31,866 nt of DNA from Bdellovibrionota bacterium (GTDB taxonomy: Bacteria; Bdellovibrionota; UBA1018; UBA923), in NCBI GenBank assembly GCA_040754655.1, contig JBFMCE010000047.1, positions 1-31,866 of the forward strand. The letters run 5' to 3'. Below, piece by piece: positions 26,397 through 31,866 of the stretch. The translations under genes were made by a program, and so were the position numbers. Each line of letters opens with the position of its first letter. Position 1 is the first letter of the stretch. The notes under the pieces were generated by a model that was not told the DNA's origin, did no database searches, and worked only from the letters and a program-made list of their open reading frames with translations.

Positions 26397-28979
26397 TTAT
26401 TTAGCCGGTGTTGCCGCACCCGCCTCTACCTTTTCCATCCTCGAAAGCAGCGCACGGTACTCTTCTCTGAGCTTGTCAAAATCGGAACGCAATTTCTCGA
26501 CGTCTTCGTTCTTAGTCTTTCCTTCGCGAAGCGTTTTCATCGCGACAATGGCGCTGCGATGAGTGCGAGGCTCAACCACCGAGTCTGCCACACGTTTAAT
26601 TGCCCCAATGGCGCGATCATCGCCAAGGCGCGCTAGCGCATCGACAGACAAGAGTCGCACAAAGAAGTTTGATTCACGAGTGAGCTCAAGCAAAGTATCT
26701 AGCACAAGAGTAGGACGTGCCTGTCCGAATCTGGCCAAAGCATCAACCGCCTCACGCCTGGTGAAGATCGAAAGCCCTGGTCTCGTGTTTTTGATCAAGA
26801 TTGGCAACACACGATCATCATGACGCAATTCTGCCAAGCCCTGCAAAATGCCGCGGTCATAATACTCGTGCCAAGACTCACGCTTACCAATGGCCGAAGA
26901 GAGCTTCTCAAACACTCCGGTTGCGCGTGTGCGACCCAATCCATAGCCTGCTTCATATTGCACAAGCGGACTTGTGTCGGTTTTAAGCGCCTTTTCAAGA
27001 GTTTCTAAAACCGCCTCGCTCTTAAACAATCCGATTGCTTTGACCGCCGTTTTTCGCGCCTTGGGATGCTTTAATCCGCCCCAAGCTTTAAGCAGGTGGT
27101 CAAGACAACGTTCTGAACCAATCTTGCCTAAACTTTCTGCGATATCAGATTGAACGCCCCAAAACTGCTCTTTGACCAAAGCCTCACCCAAGGCATCGAT
27201 ACTCTGCCTTGAGTGGTCTTTTCCAAGAACACGCGCGGCAAAAGACCTGCCCGAAATGTCTTTGTCTTGAGAAAGCTGGGCAATCAAAAGTTCACGGCCG
27301 GGATTGAAATCCCAGTCGGCCAAAACTGTGTTTTCAGGATTTAGCGAAACAAATTTTGGTTTCTCAGCGCAAGTGAACCAGAACGTCTGCTCTTGCTCTG
27401 AAAACTCTAAATCGTGCACAACCTCGCCATCTTTGGTCGCGATTTTAAACTGCACTGGCAACCTAAACAGAGATGAATGTGCGCCACCCTTTTGGCCTTG
27501 AACCAAAGTGAGTTTGGCTTGTTTTCGTTCATCGACCCATTCATAAGAGGCTTTGATCTCAGGGTGCCCTGCTCTGTGAACCCACTGGTCAAAAAACCAG
27601 GTCAATGCCCTGCCGCTCACTTGTTCAAAAGCGCGCTGCAGATCGACGGTCTCAACTGTCTTGGCGTAATTCGATGTCACATACAAGTTGATGGCCTTCC
27701 ACCAAAGCTCATCGCCCACCAGGCGGCGGAGCATGTGCAAAATCCTTCCGCCCTTTTCGTACAAGTGGCGATCAAAGATATCAGACGGGCTCAAATAAAC
27801 ATTCGTAACCACTGGCCTGCGGTAATCGCCTCCGGCTTCGGCTTTATAAATCTTTTCGTTCTCATAGAGCTCTTGCAAAAACTCGTCTCTGCCGTGCTCA
27901 TGCTCCATCCAGACGGTTTCAAAGTAAGTTGCAAAACCCTCATTGAGCCAGGCCTGCGACCACTCTTTGCATGTGAGAAGATCACCAAACCACTGGTGCG
28001 CAAGCTCGTGCGCAACAAGAGGTTCGCTCGAATAATCAAGCTCGACGCTCTCAGGATGCAACGTGTACTCGGTCTGCGTAGTAGAGGAGGTGTTTTCCAT
28101 CCCGCCGTATATGAAATCCCAAGCAACCACTTGGGCGTATTTTTCATAGGGATAATCAACGCCGATTTTCTTTGAGAAAAGCTCGATCATTTTGGGTGTT
28201 TTCCCAAAAGCGATCTTCGTCTCACGCTCGCGCCCGGCAAGCGTGTAATACTGAACGGGGATCTCTTCGCCTTTGAAATTTTTATAGCTGTCTTTGAGTT
28301 CAACGAACTCGCCCACGCAAAGCGTGATCAAGTAAGATGCATGGGGAACCGACAGTGACCAATGGAAGGTCTTGGTCTTTTTGCCCGTATCATGCTGCAC
28401 GTCCACAAGCTTGCCGTTTGAAATAGCGGTGAACTTTTCATCGACCGTGACCACCATCTCGGTAGTGGCCTTCTCGTTCGGAGCATCATGACACGGAATC
28501 CAATAGCGGTTGTCTTGATCTTGCCCTTGGGTCCAGAGTTGCCACGGACGCTGGGGATAATGCTCGTCCGGCGCAATGAAATACAGACCTGCCCTCGGCT
28601 CAGTCACACTGTACTTGAAAACAACCGAACTCTTCTCACCCGCTTGCGCGGCCTTGCGAAGATAAACGATGATCTTTTCAGAACTTTGGTCAAAGCGCAG
28701 CGACTCACCTGAACCGTCGTGAACCGATTCCACCGCCAAATCTATCGCATCGAAACTGAGCTTCCCGACCGAAGGCGCAATTGCCCTGAAGTCAGTCCGA
28801 CACAAGCCCTTGAGAGTTTTCGATGGCAGATCAACCTGAAGATCAAGCTTGATGTGCTCGACATCGATCAAACGATCAGGAGCGAATTGCGGCTTCGCCT
28901 CGGTGATAAAAAATTGGCTGGCGTCTGAAGCGTGGTGAAAGTTCAAAGTGCAACGGCATTTTAAGTGTTTTTCAAACAT
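26397..28979 (-). CDS. pepN: M1 family aminopeptidase with HEAT repeats and C-terminal coiled coil
   Basis: GGMEN, HELAHQWFGD..WLNEGFATY (HExxH-x18-E), YEKGG, HEAT-like repeats and a heptad tail. Confidence 0.93.
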   Translation of the reverse strand: MFEKHLKCRCTLNFHHASDASQFFITEAKPQFAPDRLIDVEHIKLDLQVDLPSKTLKGLCRTDFRAIAPSVGKLSFDAIDLAVESVHDGSGESLRFDQSSEKIIVYLRKAAQAGEKSSVVFKYSVTEPRAGLYFIAPDEHYPQRPWQLWTQGQDQDNRYWIPCHDAPNEKATTEMVVTVDEKFTAISNGKLVDVQHDTGKKTKTFHWSLSVPHASYLITLCVGEFVELKDSYKNFKGEEIPVQYYTLAGRERETKIAFGKTPKMIELFSKKIGVDYPYEKYAQVVAWDFIYGGMENTSSTTQTEYTLHPESVELDYSSEPLVAHELAHQWFGDLLTCKEWSQAWLNEGFATYFETVWMEHEHGRDEFLQELYENEKIYKAEAGGDYRRPVVTNVYLSPSDIFDRHLYEKGGRILHMLRRLVGDELWWKAINLYVTSNYAKTVETVDLQRAFEQVSGRALTWFFDQWVHRAGHPEIKASYEWVDERKQAKLTLVQGQKGGAHSSLFRLPVQFKIATKDGEVVHDLEFSEQEQTFWFTCAEKPKFVSLNPENTVLADWDFNPGRELLIAQLSQDKDISGRSFAARVLGKDHSRQSIDALGEALVKEQFWGVQSDIAESLGKIGSERCLDHLLKAWGGLKHPKARKTAVKAIGLFKSEAVLETLEKALKTDTSPLVQYEAGYGLGRTRATGVFEKLSSAIGKRESWHEYYDRGILQGLAELRHDDRVLPILIKNTRPGLSIFTRREAVDALARFGQARPTLVLDTLLELTRESNFFVRLLSVDALARLGDDRAIGAIKRVADSVVEPRTHRSAIVAMKTLREGKTKNEDVEKLRSDFDKLREEYRALLSRMEKVEAGAATPAK

Positions 28980-28988
28980 GCCGGCACC

Positions 28989-30107
28989 CTAGCATGGCGG
29001 TCTGAGGTCGCCAAGAGTTCCATCAACCCACGCCAAAAGCCCTGGCAAAAGCTTACGGGCGGTCGTAGAAAGAGGCACTGGTGGCTGACCGCTCGTAAGC
29101 TCAGAGAGTTTTATCCATCTTGTTTCCGGCCCTATTTGAGCACTGAGATCGGCCAAACCTTGCTGTAAAGAAACCCATCCCTCGAGCGCGATCTTATGGT
29201 GCGTGATATTGTGGCGCACTCGACTAAAAAGAATGGCCTTACTTTTTCGAAAGCCTGGAATTTCAACGACGGGATCTTCCACTCCGCCAAGCTCGCTTAA
29301 AAAATCCCACATCCCGCCAAACCAACGATTGCTTGGCCTGTGCATCAGAAGCACGTAGGCATCTTTTGAGTCGATCCGCTTGACCTGCACCCACGTCTTG
29401 CACTTGAGCTCAACGGCGGCCTTTCGTGGTTTGGCAGGCGGATATTCAGCGACCTGATCAAGTGAAAACGCGCTGCATGCCTTCTGCAAAGGACAGCGGT
29501 GGCAGGCAACCTGTTTCGGCGTGCAAACCGTGGCTCCCAGCTCCATCAACGCCTGATTGAAGGAAGAGGCGTTCCATCCTTTGATTTTTTCACGCAATGC
29601 CTGTTCAAATTCGGCCCGAAAGCCTTGGGTCCAGACATCTTTTCGCGCATCGAGGCGTGAACACACGCGCTGCACATTCCCATCCCAAACAGGCTCTTCA
29701 ATGCCAAAGCACTGCGAAACCACTGCAGCAGCGGTGTAAGGGCCTACCCCGGGAAGCTCAAGCCACCCTTCAAAGGTTTCCGGAAAACTTGCACCGTGCT
29801 CATTCACAACGAGCTCAGCCGCTCTTAGAACGTTTCGCGCGCGTGAATAGTAGCCAAGCCCCGTCCAAGCGCTTAAGACGTCTTGCTCGCTAGAGTTCGC
29901 CAGATCTTGAATTGTTGGAAAACGCTCAACGAAGCGCTTGAAGTACGGCACAAGGGTCGCCATTTGGGTTTGTTGGCTCATGATCTCGGCAAGCCAGACC
30001 CAATAAGGTTCTGGGTTTTTGCGCCACGGAAAATCACGTTGGTGCAGCGAAAACCAATCGAGTAATGCCTTGATCTGCTTTTTTTCAAGACGTTGCAATG
30101 CTGCCAT
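28989..30107 (-). CDS. mutY: A/G-specific adenine glycosylase
   Basis: FPWR, EIMSQQTQ, WTGLGYYSRARN, HhH LPGVGPYTA, DGNV, FNQALMELGA and the 4Fe-4S motif C-x6-C-x2-C-x5-C, with a NUDIX-like C-terminal domain. Confidence 0.93.
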   Translation of the reverse strand: MAALQRLEKKQIKALLDWFSLHQRDFPWRKNPEPYWVWLAEIMSQQTQMATLVPYFKRFVERFPTIQDLANSSEQDVLSAWTGLGYYSRARNVLRAAELVVNEHGASFPETFEGWLELPGVGPYTAAAVVSQCFGIEEPVWDGNVQRVCSRLDARKDVWTQGFRAEFEQALREKIKGWNASSFNQALMELGATVCTPKQVACHRCPLQKACSAFSLDQVAEYPPAKPRKAAVELKCKTWVQVKRIDSKDAYVLLMHRPSNRWFGGMWDFLSELGGVEDPVVEIPGFRKSKAILFSRVRHNITHHKIALEGWVSLQQGLADLSAQIGPETRWIKLSELTSGQPPVPLSTTARKLLPGLLAWVDGTLGDLRPPC

Positions 30108-30188
30108 TGGGCGTTTACATTAGCACAAAGTCGCAAGGCCTCTTGGCAGAAATATGAATTGATCTAGGAAGGATGTTGAGGATTTTTT

Positions 30189-30626
30189 ATGCGAGCCGTC
30201 ATTCAACGCGTAAGCCAAGCCTTAGTAACAGTCGACGGACAAAAGGTTTCAGAGATCGGCCCAGGATTACTGACGCTTCTTGGTATCGCAAAGGGCGATG
30301 ATGAACAAAAAGTTGCAAAACTCATCGCAAAAATTTGCGACCTGCGTGTTTTTGAGGATGCGCAAGGAAAGATGAACCTCTCGCTCAAAAACACCGGCGG
30401 AGCTCATTTGATCGTGTCGCAATTCACCCTTCTCGGTGATTGCTCGCAGGGACGGCGCCCTAGCTTCATTGCCGCTGAATCGCCTGAGCGCGCGAAGGCG
30501 CTGTACGAATATGCATTGCAAGAAAGCCTCAATGCGGGCGTGAAAACCCTAGGCGGCGTTTTTCAGGCCGATATGAAGGTTTCTTTAATCAATGACGGAC
30601 CTGTGACGTTTGTATTAGAGCTCTGA
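30189..30626 (+). CDS. dtd: D-aminoacyl-tRNA deacylase
   Basis: [30 protein letters not shown] and NDGPVT. GAGGA RBS. Confidence 0.97.
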   Translation: MRAVIQRVSQALVTVDGQKVSEIGPGLLTLLGIAKGDDEQKVAKLIAKICDLRVFEDAQGKMNLSLKNTGGAHLIVSQFTLLGDCSQGRRPSFIAAESPERAKALYEYALQESLNAGVKTLGGVFQADMKVSLINDGPVTFVLEL

Positions 30627-30756
30627 TCGTGAAAAATCGAAAGACCTTGGGATAACCCTGGTAAAAAGAACGGCTCCCCTCACATTCACTTCACTTGCTC
30701 ACCCAGAAACAGGCCATTAAGCCTCGTACAAGAAGTCGTTTCTCAAGGGGGTTCCT

Positions 30757-31341
30757 ATGCAATTCAGGGTTTTAAGTTTAGCCATTTCGATTTGTTTTTT
30801 GAATCCATCAGCAGTTTTCGCCAAAAGCGAGCTCGTATCAAAAATTGACTGGAAGAACCAACACTACAAAGTCAAAGCTGAACTTCACTACGACAAAGAG
30901 ACCAAACGCCCCGACCTCTGGATTGAATACCAAGAAGACGCCCCTCTTATCGCACCAACCGATCCCAATGAAAAGCCTGCTTCATTCAAGGCAACTTCGC
31001 TGGATGAGCGATTTGGCGGCGCCGACACCAAACTCATTCTAGTCAAACCCATTCCAAAAGAAGACGGCATGAGCATTCTTGTCTACAACGCTTTTGAACG
31101 CGCGACCGGTTACTACAACGGCGACCATGGAATGGCGGTGCTTTTTCATTATCCTGTCGAGGGGTTTTCAAAAAAGGATGCGCTTCCCGCGAAAACGCTT
31201 GAAGCACTAGAGAAGAACTTCCCAAACTCAATCATTCGAGACGAGGCCGGAAAACCCAAGTTCATCAAGGCGCTTCTTTGCCGGATCAGCGTTTCCCAAG
31301 TGTACCCGATCGGAGCGTTTGATCTCGAGCTTGAGCTTTGA
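30757..31341 (+). CDS. Hypothetical exported protein
   Basis: AAGGGGG RBS and a signal peptide (..SAVFA|KS). No family recognised. Confidence 0.75.
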   Translation: MQFRVLSLAISICFLNPSAVFAKSELVSKIDWKNQHYKVKAELHYDKETKRPDLWIEYQEDAPLIAPTDPNEKPASFKATSLDERFGGADTKLILVKPIPKEDGMSILVYNAFERATGYYNGDHGMAVLFHYPVEGFSKKDALPAKTLEALEKNFPNSIIRDEAGKPKFIKALLCRISVSQVYPIGAFDLELEL

Positions 31342-31783
31342 GCAGCGCTTGCTGTGCAGCAGATCCAGCTTGTTTGTAGTGATAACTGCGTCCCTGAGGC
31401 CCGACGAAACCCAAATGAACTTGGCCAGGCGATTGATCGAAAATGACCATGGGTTTTTGGCGGGCCTTGCTGCCGAAACGGCCTTTTCCCAAGTTTGAAT
31501 AATGGCGCTTCACATACTGAGGGGCATAGACGGAGCCGCCTTTTTGCGCCGGATCTTGGTGTTGGACATTGCTCCGAAAAGTGACAGTAACAACGCTATT
31601 AGGGTATTTCTTGAGGTCTTGAGATTCTATGCACAGATGAGCATCAAACCTTTGAGGATTTTCGTTAAAGTTTTCGTTGAGATGATAACAGGTGGCCTTG
31701 CGCCTCGAAGAACCTGCGTACGCAGTTGCACAAGCGATACAGACTAAAATAGGAATTACAGACTTGGGTATACGGTACAGCAT
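31286..31783 (-). CDS. Hypothetical exported protein
   Basis: Signal peptide (..CATAYA|GS) and an AT-rich upstream region with TATACT. Its 3' end overlaps the convergent gene by 56 bp. Confidence 0.6.
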   Translation of the reverse strand: MLYRIPKSVIPILVCIACATAYAGSSRRKATCYHLNENFNENPQRFDAHLCIESQDLKKYPNSVVTVTFRSNVQHQDPAQKGGSVYAPQYVKRHYSNLGKGRFGSKARQKPMVIFDQSPGQVHLGFVGPQGRSYHYKQAGSAAQQALLKAQARDQTLRSGTLGKR

Positions 31784-31866
31784 ACGTACTTCAAACCTTT
31801 ACCTTATCTGTAATAGTATATTAAATTAGTACAATATAAAAGCACCTTTAGCGCTTCTATAAAAAT

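Noticed and set aside
27477..28175. 232-aa antisense ORF within pepN, and similar antisense ORFs (e.g. 11299-11829, 16876-17358, 4189-4608)
   Set aside because: Fully antisense to recognised genes, with no RBS or motifs. Expected from codon bias.
29190..29225. MutY motif variants (HNITHH for the FSH loop; also EIMSQQT and WDGNV)
   Set aside because: The catalytic Glu/Asp and Fe-S cysteines are intact. I cannot show these fall outside normal family variation without an alignment.

Overview
Bacterial chromosomal window of about 50% GC by eye, gene-dense, with about 31 credible CDS. I saw no rRNA, intact tRNA, CRISPR array, integrase or transposase. The gene style (many orphan signal-peptide proteins, stand-alone FecR proteins, TPR/beta-barrel proteins, peptidases) suggests a Bdellovibrionota-like or deltaproteobacterial organism, which is an inference. 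Left part: ampG, HAD hydrolase, tryptophan 2,3-dioxygenase, two hypotheticals, split class I fumarase, DUF1285-like protein, dusB, an orphan exported protein, BCP peroxiredoxin, pepP and a second HAD. Middle: an envelope cluster (FecR <- -> TPR/beta-barrel -> <- small OMP <- FecR), a core-MetE-like protein, a YdbH-like protein with a fused YnbE/YdbL-like lipoprotein, and an S8 protease. About 20.8-26.4 kb is a patchier, partly AT-richer accessory stretch: AAA_14/DUF4143 ATPase-nuclease, DUF554, FitA-like/VapC toxin-antitoxin pair, an orphan exported protein and a signal-peptide-bearing SAM methyltransferase. Right part: pepN, mutY, dtd and two orphan exported proteins. The most notable unannotated signals are: (1) a tandem pair of 32-bp inverted-repeat operators over the promoter and start codon of the ATPase-nuclease; (2) a 28/30-bp copy of a DUF554 coding segment just downstream of that gene; (3) an orphan consensus sigma-54 promoter with a 34-codon ORF; (4) a second signal-peptidase-like site inside the YnbE-YdbL fusion; (5) repeated leaderless-type promoter architecture; (6) a structured, G-run-rich element downstream of ampG.
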